64,000 nucleotides of DNA from Azolla caroliniana (taxonomy: Eukaryota > Plantae > Polypodiophyta). The stretch covers positions 9,486,001-9,550,000 of the forward strand of contig JBHGNT010000016.1 in assembly GCA_043228905.1 (NCBI GenBank), read 5' to 3'. Both the position numbers and the translations under genes were made by a program. Positions 52,101 to 64,000 of this stretch are shown piece by piece. Each line of letters starts with the position of its first letter. Within the stretch, counting starts at the first letter, position 1. The notes beneath the pieces were generated by a model. The model worked only from the letters and a program-made list of their open reading frames with translations, ran no database searches and was not told the origin of the DNA.

Positions 52101-52382
52101 CGCCCAATCACGGCAGCCCGCTTGTATTTTGGTCATCTCTGTATGGATGTGTGGTGTCATGACCCGGGGAAACCCTGTTAGCCGTCTATCCTCGGGTATA
52201 TTCCTCATATGCATCTCAGATTTGTAGGCCTCTAAGTAACTCATGGCATCTTTTCCATTGAACCGGCCTATCTTGTCGACCGTTACTTCTATGGCCCTGT
52301 CGAGGGCACTCGCGCCCTCGCGAGCGCTAACCAAGCGGTCTACCGCCACCGCCATTGCTTCTGCCAGTTCGCTCCCTCTCAT
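46160..52382 (-). pseudogene. gypsy gag-pol, disrupted, with a solo LTR in gag
   Basis: KIGRFNGKD (gag), ALIDHRSEINLM (PR), LPQGGINS, FLDDI (RT), ITVDTSPTGIG (RH), ALWADR, HNPEANGKIERGH (INT). Confidence 0.9.
50540..51201. repeat. gypsy solo LTR (662 bp) with 4-bp TSD ACGC
   Basis: TGTCGTGAAG...GTGACA; the start is the reverse complement of the 53222 LTR end; ACGC at 50536-50539 and 51202-51205; TATAAAAGG at ~50741. Confidence 0.85.
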
Positions 52383-52406
52383 TTTCAGATTCCTTTGCCG
52401 CCCTTT

Positions 52407-52424
52407 TTCACGTCGGGTTCACCA
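52407..52424 (-). other. primer-binding site complementary to tRNA-Trp
   Basis: Plus strand TTCACGTCGGGTTCACCA matches the 18-nt 3' end of plant tRNA-Trp(CCA) as recalled; 4 nt from the LTR. Confidence 0.8.
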
Positions 52425-53375
52425 AAGATGTCGAGGAAATCCTCGCGGATGCGTAGAAGTTGGGCAGGACCACGGGGGTCTTGAACCAAGGAATCAAGAA
52501 GTGAGGAGGAAGAGTCTGTGGTTTACGAGAGCCCTGAGACCACAGTTTAGACAGAAAAGATTAGCAAAGCGAGAGAGATAGTATAAGAGGAACGTGCGTA
52601 GACACAGGCACAGACAAATATGTTAAGAACAACTTGCATTAGGTGGATAAGCTTCTATTAATCAAGATATGCGCGTGGCGCTATGGGTGATTACAACCAG
52701 ATCAGTGTCGGTGTTCGAGCGTAGGCTCTACAGTAGTCAAATATGGAGATGAGTGGGCACACAGAAGGTCGATCCCCTAGTCGAGAGCACTTGGGCGTCT
52801 GACGCAAGCAGGGGAAGCGCCTTCCGGCGGCACGTCATAGGACTCCTCGTCTTCTTTCCTCTCTGTTTCCTTTCTCCTCTCTCTCTCTCTCTAATTGAGG
52901 TCCGTTCTTTCTATAAAAAAATCACATCATCAAAACAGTCTAGGGTTGCCCCTGTTATAGCACAAGGAGCGACCATTACAGAGCATTCATGGCCTTGTCG
53001 CTTTAACTTCCTAAATTCTTCCTCCCTGATTCGCTCTCCTCATAACTCTCCCTACTTACGCAATGTTTGAATCCCTATTAATGCTTTAACTACCTAGTAC
53101 ACCTCCCTTTTCCTATGCCTAGTACTTACACTATCTAATTCACTAGGGGTGTGCACTCGTGCACATCAATGTTCCGGCGCGTTTCACTTTATTTCTACTA
53201 ATGGCCCGAAATCTTCACGACACCGTTTGGATCGTTTCGGGTTTACTAACCTCATCCTTCGGAATCGAGTCGGAGTCGGACATCAGAATCGGTAGAGGGT
53301 ACCATGATCCTGACTCATCAAATTCGACATCTCGGCTTACTCGAACTTGTTTTGTTTGGGGGTTATACCACTTAT

Positions 53376-56038
53376 TGTTGTCCGCCGGAAGAGTAACCGA
53401 CGGACAAGAGCGTAAGAATAAGAAATAATATAAGATCATAACGCATGTAACGGTTCATGCAGGAAGCGTGAACGGCTAAATAGACCTTGCGTATATAAAG
53501 GGCAGAAAACCTCTGATAGAGGGAGCGTGTATTTTGGAATGTAAAGAAGCGTAGCATAATAGAATTCTATCTTCTCTGAAAGTCTGTGTATAGCTACGGC
53601 TAATCTACTGTGTGTCTGGAATACCTGAGCATGTAAGAATGTGAGTATAATCACTGATAAGGAGTCGGTTGTAGCTGTCTCCCTTTTACGCTGATAGGTT
53701 ATGGGGAACATTCCCCTACGCATTTTGCATAGACACCACCATTCGTTGTTTCACAATCACTTGGAGGTCTAGGTCGAAGGATTGACCACAGACCGTGTTC
53801 CTAATTGGCAACACTTTTGGCACGCTTGGTGATCTGTGTCTTCTCACAGATGAACAACGACAAATGGATGTTTAGCCGCAAACGCCCCAGAGAACCAACA
53901 CGACAAGACCGGCCAATCAGAAGGTCCGTCACATGCCAGGCAGAGGAACGTGCACGGCAAAAGCCTCGCCTCAGCGACCTCAATACTACCTGCCGTGATT
54001 ACAAAGGTGATTCTTCGCTCTCCAAATACCTCGACGATACGCAGGGAGAACGCTCACCTCAACCACCCAGTGGTCTTTCCCGACCCGCCGTAGCCCCCAG
54101 CATGGCCTTTGCCTATCCCCGCTTTAACGGCAAAACCGACGCCGCAACCCATATTCGCATGTTCCTTAATGTATGGAATGCGAACCACATGGTGCAGAGC
54201 CTTTCGAAGGCGGTAGCACACCAGTCAACAATGACGGAGTTCGGGTTAACATTGGATGGGCGAGCGGCGTTTTGGCATTCACAGATGGATTTACCAGCCA
54301 TCACAACCTTCGATCAGCTGTAGTCCGCTTTCTGGCGGTTCTTCCATCAGAAGGTTCCACCACGCGAAATCCTCGGACAGTTCTACACGATTAAGCAACT
54401 GTCGACCGAGACGATCGCAGACTTCAGCTTATGTTTCCAAAATTTACGGCGGAAACTAGAACGGAGCCCCGCGGAGAACGAGGCTCAAGAGACATTTCTG
54501 GCACCATTACGCTGACCCATACGGGCCACACTCAACAACAATAGCGTGAAAGGGGAAACGGCGGATATGGTTATTGAACGAGCTTTACAACTCGAGTTGG
54601 ACGACGAGGAGGAAAGGTTTTCTATGTCCTCCTTACGACAAGCGTTACCCCAGGACGAGGAACGCCAGTTTCCTCAAGAAATCCAATGCACGATTTGCTT
54701 GAACTCGGGGCATTCTGCAGTAGAGTGCAACATGCGAATCCACTACCCAATCTACCACTCGAAGGCTCACACAGTCGAACAATGCGAATACAATATGTTG
54801 AACAAAGCCGCTCCCACAGTTCGCAGCATTGACACACAGCGTCCCCCACGCCGTACTGAACAAAGGAGGCAAGAAGACCGACCACGGTATATGGAGAGCA
54901 TCGCGACCGTACGCGAGGACCTAGCGCAAGACTATCGTGCACTAGCGGACCAACATTCCGAAGAACTCGCGTAGCTCTTAGATGATTTTGGTGAAAGCCA
55001 GGAGGAGCTATTTCACCAGATCACACAAGCCGGCAACACACGAACAAATGAGGAATCCAGTGCAATGCCAAGTCCGGGCACGGCCGAAGAAGAGGAACCT
55101 CGGGCCAAATCACCAGAAATTTCAACGACGGTGAACAGCGCGGACCGACGAGCGGGGTCCCCCACAGTACCAGACAGCGAAACCGCTGCCCAAGAGGAGC
55201 TCCATCCGCAAGAGCCCACGCTATCGTCGGACCACATAGAGAACGGTGCGGGCCAGGTGGAATCGTAGCCCCAGTCCCCGGAATGTACAAAGACGGCCGA
55301 CACCATGGAGGAAGTAATGATTGAGACAGAGCCGCGGCCGACCGCAAGCACGATGATAGCGGAGCCCAACCCACTAGCTCAAGAAGAGCCCACCATACCC
55401 GGACCGCCCACACACGACGACTGCAACACCGGGAGAAACCATTCCGACCAAACAGGGGAGCCACACCATGATGCACCTACGGGCCCTACGTCGCCTCCGG
55501 ACGCGGACACCATAGCAGAGCCAAACATCCAGGCCATTTTGGAAGAACATTAACGGGATGGGTCCGACGTGCCAGGGCACTGTCCCACAGGCATGCCAGG
55601 TGTTGTCCGCTGGAATAGTAACCGACGGACAAGAGCGTAGGAATAAGAAATAATATAAGATCATAACGCATGTAATGGTGCACGCAAGAAGCGTGAACGG
55701 CTAAATAGACCCTGCATATATAAAGGGCAGAAAACCTCTGATAGAGGGAGCTTGTATTTTGGAATGTAAAGAAGCGTATCATAATAGAATTCTATCTTCT
55801 CTGAAAGTCTGTGTATAGCTACGGCTAATCTACTGTGTGTTTGGAATACCTGAGTGTGTAAGAACGTGAGTGTAACCACTGATAAGGAGTCGGTTGTAGT
55901 CGACTCCCTTATATGCTGATAGGTTACGGGGAACATTCCCCTACGCATTACGCATAGACGCCACCATTCATTGTTTCACAATCACTTGGAAGTCTAGGTC
56001 GAAGGATTGACCACAGACCGTGTTCCTAATCGGCAACA
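53376..56038 (+). mobile_element. internally deleted, TSD-bounded gypsy element (family C) carrying both tRNA-Arg sites
   Basis: 438-bp LTRs 53376-53813 and 55601-56038; exact TSD CTTAT (53371-53375 / 56039-56043); PBS 53818-53831; gag fused at ~54896 to the extra-ORF tail; tRNA-like site 55557-55598. Confidence 0.93.
55557..55598 (+). other. tRNA-Arg 3'-end copy (inverted PBS) in the PPT position
   Basis: GATGGGTCCGA-CGTGCCAGGGCACT-GTCCCACAGGCATGCCA-GG-TGTTG(LTR). Confidence 0.85.
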
Positions 56039-58506
56039 CTTATTTCCCTTTTGCTCATGTGAGTAGCCGACAAGGATGCACTTAACTTCGGGTCCAGCTT
56101 TCTCCTCTTCTCATTCGATACATGCACATAGGCAATGTTATCGAATATCTTAAGGTGCCTTAAATTCGGCTTCCACCCGAAATACAGCTCATGTACTAAC
56201 ACCTTATCCCCAATCCGGTTTTGAATGTAGACGGCCGTCCGGATTGCCTCCGCCCAGTAGAACTTGGGCATCCTCTTCTCCTCCAGCATTGCCCGTGTCG
56301 CCTCCACAATCGACCGGTTCTTCCTTTCAGCCACACCATTTTGTTCCGGTGTGTATCGACAGTTGAATTCCCTCCGAATTCCTTCTGCTACAAAGAATTG
56401 GCCGGAAAAGTATTCTTTTCCGCCATCCGACCACATGCACTTGATCTTCCTCTCTGTTTCCCATTCAACAAGACTTTGCAGGTTCCCGAACCAGCCGAAG
56501 ACTTCGTTTTTCTTCTCAATGAGGTAGATCCATGTGTGCCAGCTATAGTTGTCAATGAAGGAGACAAAATATCGGCTCCCCCCAGACTAACGTTCTGTGT
56601 CGATCCCCATACATTTGAATGTATTAGATCGAGCTTGTTACGGCTCCGGTTTCTTTCAGTGGGGAATGGAAGCCGGGGTTGCTTCCCAAGTTGGCATGCT
56701 TCACATATTTGGGCCTTCCGGCCACTGAATTTCGGCAATCCGAAAACAACTTGTTTCGATTGTATGTCCTGAAGTCTCTGGTAGTTGATGTAGCCTATCC
56801 GTTTGTGCTAGAGATCGATGTCTGATTCGATCTTCTGTCCTTTGGCAAACAACGCGTTGCCAACGCCATTGGTGTCGAGGATGAACATCCTCCCATCCTT
56901 GCGCCCTTGCACGATTATTCGGCCTTCTTCCTCGATGAAGCACCTAAGGTGCATCAACCGCACCTGAATCCCCTGGTCAACGATCTACCCTACCGACACC
57001 AGGTTCTTTCTGATTGTTGGAACATGTAGTGCGTTCTTCAGCTTTCCCTTTTGTCCGACATGGCTTAAAGGGACTTCTCTGACATGCACAATCGGGTGAG
57101 GAGTGTCGTCTCCGGTTTCGACAACTCTCGGTTGCTCCGGCTTTTCCAAAAACAAGAACACTCTTCGTGGCTCGTCATGTGGTTAGATGCTCCATAGTCA
57201 ATGTACCACACTTCCTCCAATCCGGAAGTAGTATTCTTCATCGAGTTTGCCTTGTGCTTCATCAAAAACGTTGGTTCCTTTTTGGTCTTACTAGTTCCAG
57301 ATCCTTCTGCGTAGTGCGAGCTTTACCGATTTCCTTGTCCGGCTTTGCCAGATCTGGATTTATCCGAATCGCGTGCTTCTTCTAGCACTCTCTTTCTCAA
57401 TCGCCTTTCTTGCCACAATACCAGCATTCCGTATCAGCTTTCGATTGTCGGTTTCCGGCACCGTTTTGACTCCCCCTACTTGTGGAGGGTTCGGAACTGC
57501 TGTTAGCACTATCTCTGTGCCTTTGATTCTGCTCTTGTCGCCCGCCTCTATTGCGTAACGACCCACCTTGACCTCCACGCCCACGGGGCCAATCCGCCTC
57601 CGTGTACAACATCCGGTTGTCCGATTGACTGGTCCTTGACCCACTCGTGTGGTTTTCTTTGACCATAAACATCGATTGCAAGTTGAAGAAGGACGGTGGT
57701 TTCTCTCGGGTGATGATAGTGGTTCAGATGGGCCCGTACCTTTGAGCTAGACCACCGAGTCAGATTTGCACCATTTCGTCCAGTTCTATCGTAATGTCAA
57801 TGGACCCTAGTGCATCGTCCTCATTTATCTTCGCGGTGTAGTCTGAAACTGACATATCCTTTTGTCGCATATTGTTGTACCTAACATATCCTTCGCGTTG
57901 TAGCTTCTGGACTGAGGTACTTGCGGCGAAAATCTTTTTCAAATTTTCCCAGGCCTATTTCGGCGACTTAGCATCTCTAGTGTAGCCAATCCTCTGGTCA
58001 TGCACGGAGAACGCAAGGCAGTATAGAACTCTGCTTGCTCCTTGTTCCCATGCCAGCAACTCCTTTTGTGACGACTTCGACGCTATTTCATTCGCACCCT
58101 CAACATAACTCTAGTATCCATGTCCGAGAAGATACCGGTGCATCTTGTATAACCAAGATGCATAGTTGTGTCTATCAAGCTTCTCTGTTAGAAGGTTAAA
58201 TGAAAGCTTAAGAATAGAGAATACACAAGAGAGACCGAGAGAGCAAAAAGCATAAACTCAACTCAAAAAAATAACACTCTCTACATAGAACGTGCTCAGA
58301 GAGCACTTTTATACAAGTTCTTACATGAACTAATAGAAGTATTGACATGTACTTCAATGCTCATACGAGTGACTGACACTGACTCCATGGAATCTGCCTA
58401 TGTACTAGGCTAGATTTGTAGGCCTCTAACGGCCTACCGGTTACGATCCGATCCGACTCTGGCTTATTCAATCAATACAAATCCGGTTAAGCTTGTCCGC
58501 TCAACA

Positions 58507-59380
58507 GTTCTCAATCACAAGCAAAGCTTACCGGACGCAGGGAAGAGAGAACTTCCTATTCCAAGAAATAGCTAGAATCTTGCTTGAATACAGGTTTCTG
58601 CATCCCAAGCCAGTCGCCATGCTGAAGAACAAAGAGGGCTTCATCACAGCATCTTTTGAAGGCTTGCGAGTGCATTGGCCCTTGATTGTGGCAAACTCCC
58701 TCTGCAGTGGCAGACATGAAGAAAGCGTGGGCCGGAGTAGCACAGTGGTTGATAATCCTCGCACAGCCACAACGCACCATTAAGCCAAAGAAGCAGATTG
58801 GGCGAAAATGACGCCACAACCATCATCAAAGCGGAAACAATTACTTGTGAAGCACACCCCCAAATGGGCAGTAGAAGCATCCCGCCAAGTAGAACGAATG
58901 TCGGAACCAAGAAGAGAAGAACCTGTCAGGCCAGTTAAACCCATTTGGATTAAGCTGAGAAGGAAAGATAGAGAGCACAAGCAACTGGAACCGGTAGAGA
59001 CAGCACACTAAGAGACCGCAGAGAAGGAGGAGCTAGAAGAAGAAGAAGAACTCCACCAGAGACATCCTAGAAAACATCACGATGAGCAATCTGGGAATGG
59101 ATCGGGTCCGGAGATGGACAGTACACCAACCACCCGCTCAACGGTGGTGGACCCGAGGTCGGAGGAGCATGCAGAATCACAACGACCAGTAGTGGTTGAG
59201 AGGATTCAGCCTAAACCAAAGCCAAAGGGAGCAATGCAACCAAGTCATAATGAACAACAGAAGAATGAGGAGGAGCATCAGTTGGAGAACCAAGAAAGAC
59301 TCCTTTGTCTCGCAGATCTTTGCAAAGTTCAGCACCAAAGGATAGGGAGGAACAAGCCACCTGAAATCAGAAATCAATAA
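58507..59380 (+). pseudogene. fragment of the gypsy extra ORF
   Basis: FLFQEIARILLEYRFLHPKPVAM...FEGLRVHWPLIVANSL, SSKRKQLL and PVRPVKPIWIKLR align with 28039-29214. Confidence 0.75.
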
Positions 59381-59504
59381 ATGTTACCTCTACTGGGACA
59401 TGTGTATTTAGAATCATAATTAGCATGGAAGAATCAAGAATAAAAAATCAAGCACATGCATCAAAAACCAAAATCAAGTTTGGTGGAAATTTATAGACAG
59501 ACAA

Positions 59505-59745
59505 ACATTGTAATCAGAAATGTGTATTGATGTAAATTTTCAACTCTAATCAGAAATGTGTATGAAATCAACCCTAATTCCGAGATTTTCAGCCCTAATC
59601 AGAAATGTGTACCAAATCAACCCTAATTAGAATTTTTCACAATCTAATTCTATGTACGTCAAGCCCTAATCATAAATTTTCAACCCTAATCAGAAATGTG
59701 TATGAAATCCACCCTAATCAGAAATTTTGACAATCTGATTCTATG
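59505..59745. repeat. degenerate tandem repeat with AACCCTAATCAGAAAT core
   Basis: About 8 imperfect copies visible. Confidence 0.75.
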
Positions 59746-61321
59746 AACCCGAATCGCGACAATTATAGAAATGTCTGAAAACGCACCTGCTAGACCCCGA
59801 TTTTCGTGACATCCTTGTTTGTGACTCCAACGACTTCGCCGTAATCAGTTACAATAAAAGACATTGATGCAAGACAGTTACAATAAAGGGAAAAAAATAG
59901 GATATAGAAAAGCATGTAATTTGTAGTTGATGCATACCTTGACGAGGAGAGAATTGGTGGCATGTTGGTGGTCTGAAGGTGGAATGTCGATATCAAAGAT
60001 TTTGTGCTATTGCGGGAGCTTTGTGTACGTTCGTGATCAGAGTGCTCCATCTATTTGAATTTCGAACTAAACCTCAGGATTAGCAAGACTTTGGTGACAT
60101 CAAAGTCGAGTTTAGATGAAGGCATTGTTCCCCATGTTCTACTACGTTAGAAACCCAAGTTCAAATTTTTGAGTATTCCCATATTGCTTATTCACCATAA
60201 TAAATGACATATATTTAATTAATAAAGCAAAAAAAAATTCGTGAATGATCCTTAAGATTTGCCCACAAAAATATAACTAAACAAATAATTAAATAGCTAT
60301 GGCCATTTTACCTACATGTTAGCTATAATAGTCTTTGCATTCCCATGGTTTCACCCTGTAACACATCTAGAAGCTCAATACCAAACTCGTTGCTACTTCC
60401 AAGGAATTAGAACATTTTGTGGCACTATCAGTGAGCTTTTTGCAAGCTCTTGAAGCAAGAGATCTTGTTACGAGATATTAAGAAGCCACAATAAAGAAAG
60501 AGGGTGTTGAGGGCATCCCAATCACTCTTAAACCACTAATGGTCATGTTAATTACCTTGAGGAACTTCTCCCCTATTTCTTATCATGTTAATTTAATTAA
60601 TAAAACTGTTGGTTGAACATAAAGGCGTAGGGTTTAGGGTTTGAAACACATTAAAGTAAATGAGATCTAATTAAGAAACAACCATGCACTTCGAAATTTG
60701 ATTAATCAAGTTAACATTAACATAATATTAGTGCAAGGTTTAGAATTAACCATTGATAGAGATGTAGAGACGCTTCGATAAATAAGAAGTGATAAAAAGC
60801 CTCATGATGACTTGTAAACATCTTGTACAAAGTTAAGGATACATTTCTAAGTGTTAATCTATATCTTTATACAATGTATCCTTTGCATTTATACCAATGT
60901 TTCCGAACAAATGCCACGAGTGAAGTGTACGACAAGTGCTTACACTGATATGTAAGGTAATCCTTTTGTATTCAATCAATCGAATTGTGTGCAAGAAAGT
61001 GTTGTGTTTCAAAGTCATTTGATTGAAGACACCCGCATTATTGCAATTACTATTTAAAAAGTTGTCTATTTATAGTATGGTTCTACTTTGTTAATCAATG
61101 TATACAAAAGCAACCTCCATATAGGAATCCAATCCTCAAATACGAGATATAACGCCCTTGTATGCCTAGTAACATTTTTCATAATATCAATATTCCCTGG
61201 AGTCCCAAATCCTAATGACTGCCATTAGAGGACAATGCTATTAAATAGATTTGTATGTGTTGAAAAAGATGTTTAGTTTATAACTCATTAATAGCAATGG
61301 TTTTATATACATATAAAAGGA

Positions 61322-61344
61322 ATATATATATATATATATATATA
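61322..61344. repeat. (AT)n microsatellite
   Basis: Directly visible. Confidence 0.9.
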
Positions 61345-61932
61345 CAACTTGGAAAGCTTCTTTTATAGCTGTGAAAATATTATCTTTGTGCATTGATAGT
61401 CTTAACAATTATTATTTATAGAAACGTGCACAGAAAATGCTTGAATATGTCAATAGGATACATAACACATAGGATGCGGAAAGATTTCATGAATTGTCAA
61501 TAGGATAAATAACATGTAGGATGTGGAAAGATTTCATGGATGGGACACTTTTATGTGTACATTTTAGTAACATATTGGTATAAGTTAATTTAGAATTTAA
61601 GATGCCCTTTTACTACTAGAGAAATATGTAAAAGTTGTGAGGTGAAGATTTTGAATTATGCATACTTGTGTCTTCTTGGTTAGGTAAGCTCAATCAAGTA
61701 ATATTGTTATTAGTCAACAAGGAAAACTTAGAATCAAAGAACTGCTTTCAAAATCTTGGGCATGTGTAAAGATTGTGCATGCATATAGAGAGAGATCGAG
61801 GGCCACGGCACACCCTGCTATTCTTATATCATTAAAAAGAAGTTGTGGCACAATTTGTGTTCTCTACAAGCGGGGTCAAATATGACACATAAAAAATTTC
61901 TTATGAAGAAAACGTGTTATTTAAAATGGAAC

Positions 61933-61937
<5 letters not shown>

Positions 61938-61963
<26 letters not shown>
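61938..61963. repeat. (GA)n microsatellite
   Basis: Directly visible. Confidence 0.9.
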
Positions 61964-64000
61964 CTTTCATTCCAAAACATTAAAAATCAAATAACGCATT
62001 GATTTGTCTTTATCATTACACTCACTGGGAAAAACTACGTATAAAACAAAATAGCGATAACAATATTTTTCTCATATAAAACAGGCTATTGAAACCATGT
62101 GATCCTAGCCTCTCCTAGCTTCAATATTGCAGAATGAATGCTGAAGATACTTAATATAGACATAATACCTTTCAACACTAGCATGACTCCAACATTTACC
62201 ACTCACTTCAACATCCATTGTGTACCTTGTGAATGATCATACAAGATGCAAAATATCATGATATCATCATTTGAGATTCGAAGTTTGCAAATTAGATAAT
62301 GGTCAAGGAGCATTCGAGTTGATGGTTATTGATTGATATGTTTCCATTAGAACTCACATGATGCTTTCCAAGTGTATTCCTCGTTAGAAATTGTAGGTGG
62401 TTTTCTTAAAAGTTTATATGTATCACGTGATTGTTTAACAAGGAAACCATTATGAATTATTCAAGTGGTATAAGTTTGGTACCATGCAACCTTTAAAAAA
62501 GTTCTTGAAGCACACATGATAAGCGAAGGCATGATTTGTTGGAATATGGAGATAATTTTGATTCTCCGTTGATGCTATAAATGTGAATGAAGGTGAGATT
62601 ATAATATCCAATTTTCCATTATAAGTATACTATAAACAAATAGTGAGCCATCAAATTTCCTTGCAAACAAATGTCGAAGAAAATGCTTTCCTCGTGTACA
62701 TAGGGCTGAAATTTTGATATGAATGAATGTTCATCTTTCCTTAAATTTGGACAAACATATGATTCATCGCACTTTCTGAAAGAAGATCTAATTCTTATTG
62801 CTTGCAAGTCATTTATGATTAGGTTCAATAATCAACCCAACACATCGTGCATATGGAGTTTTCCATTGGATATGGGAGAATTTATTGGATTTTTGTGCCC
62901 CTTGGATTGGTGTGACACTGGACAAGTATGCCAATTCTCAGTTGTTCACATGGCTCTAAAGTTATTCGTTGTGGTCATACATTGATGCATGTGCTTTTAG
63001 TTTCTACATGTTTTTTGTGAGCGCATCAGGTGTGTCCTAAAACAAGAAAACATAAAAATCCACTAATAACACCTACCATCATGATATGGGTATATGGAAT
63101 TGAAGGGGTGTGTGTATATGTGACTATATTATTGAGACTTTATAGAAGGCGTGTATCAATTAATGTGTACTAATGTAGTTTGCTAAGTGTTTGGTTCAAA
63201 ACTATGTTGTGTTCAAATTATGATTATTAGTAATTACTAATCATTTTCACCCATTTTTATTTGTGTGTTTTGTAACGAATTTTTTGTGGTTTCTAAATAT
63301 TGTATTTGACCTATATCATGATATCATTAATCCATAATCCATTCATTATTGGCCCCTTCAGTTCAAGAATGTGTAGAGTTTGGCCCATAATGGTGACTAA
63401 CCCAAGAACCTTTTGATATACGTGTTTGAACGATTTCTATTATCTTTTGAAATTAAATACTTCCAATAAAAAAGACCAGGGTTGTATCAATGTTAATTTG
63501 TCATTTGCAACTCGCCAAATGTTTGGTTAAAGAGTATGTCCAATTCAGCAAATAATTGTTAACAAAGTATTATTTTGCTTTGTATCAACACGTCTTTCAA
63601 AGACTTGCATTTTTTGAAAGCGCATGCTTCCAATAAACAAGAATGGGGATGTACAAACAAGAAATTTGCTGATTTATGTACAAACTCATAACTAGATCAA
63701 TAAGGTTGTTCTCCTATGGTGGGCAAATCATCATCAGGGCCTCAATGGAACTACCAAGCACCCCACCCCGATGGTTGTTTCCCCCAATGGTTTCCATTAG
63801 TGACTAGGTGTTGTAAATATGTATAGATATGGTACAAATTACTAGGTTATAGGAGTTATTTGGATACTTTTGTTGAAAATGAGGTGGGGACTATGTCCAC
63901 TTTGGTGGGAAGGCCAGAGTGAGGGTTGATGAGAGGAATTTTTGGTGATCTGTGATGTAATTTGTTTGCTAACTAATGTGAAGTAGTGTTTTTTTGAAAA

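Larger units (their letters stand above)
45875..53222 (-). mobile_element. Ty3/gypsy element (tRNA-Trp PBS lineage), decayed; 3' LTR truncated
   Basis: 5' LTR 52429-53222 (TGTCG...CGACA); partial 3' LTR 45875-46117; PPT complement TCCACCCCCA 46118-46127; gag from ATG 52382; pol homologous to 2319-6195. Confidence 0.9.
53223..58506 (-). mobile_element. 5' half of a copia element (partial 5' LTR ~58195-58506, gag, PR, INT), interrupted by a gypsy deletion derivative
   Basis: EKLDRHNYASW (gag), WYIDYGASNHM, CEACQLGKQ, SDGGKEY, PEQNGVAER; INT resumes at 53375 (WYNPQTKQVRVSRDV); PBS deleted. Confidence 0.88.

Noticed and set aside
59505-59745. Interstitial telomere array
   Set aside because: AACCCTAA cores are single and embedded in a longer unit, not tandem CCCTAAA.
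60050-64000. Host gene or fossil TE in the AT-rich right end
   Set aside because: Only two short ORFs with no motif I can recognise; a TBLASTX or HMM search would be needed.

Overview
Plant-type heterochromatic window, probably from a moss (inferred from element content, not verified). It consists almost entirely of nested, mostly decayed transposable elements, and no ordinary host gene is recognisable. Contents: (i) several copies of one Ty1/copia lineage, including a full-length, TSD-bounded copy at 31617-37303; (ii) two minus-strand Ty3/gypsy elements and a solo LTR from a lineage with a tRNA-Trp PBS and 4-bp TSDs; (iii) four copies, from three different LTR families, of a second Ty3/gypsy lineage with an extra ORF after integrase; (iv) a 12.2-kb Sola2-like DNA transposon (12679-24857; 26-bp TIRs, ATCT TSD) with a spliced DDD transposase and a convergent spliced RING-H2 gene; (v) a ~4-kb AT-rich foldback insertion with arrays of palindromes and tRNA-like A/B-box units. 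The main finding concerns lineage (iii). It has no polypurine tract before its 3' LTR. That position instead holds a copy of the tRNA-Arg 3' end (an inverted second PBS), split at the A58/G59 position by a conserved mini-hairpin. This suggests both cDNA strands are primed by tRNA. All analysis is by eye, and internal coordinates of decayed ORFs are approximate.
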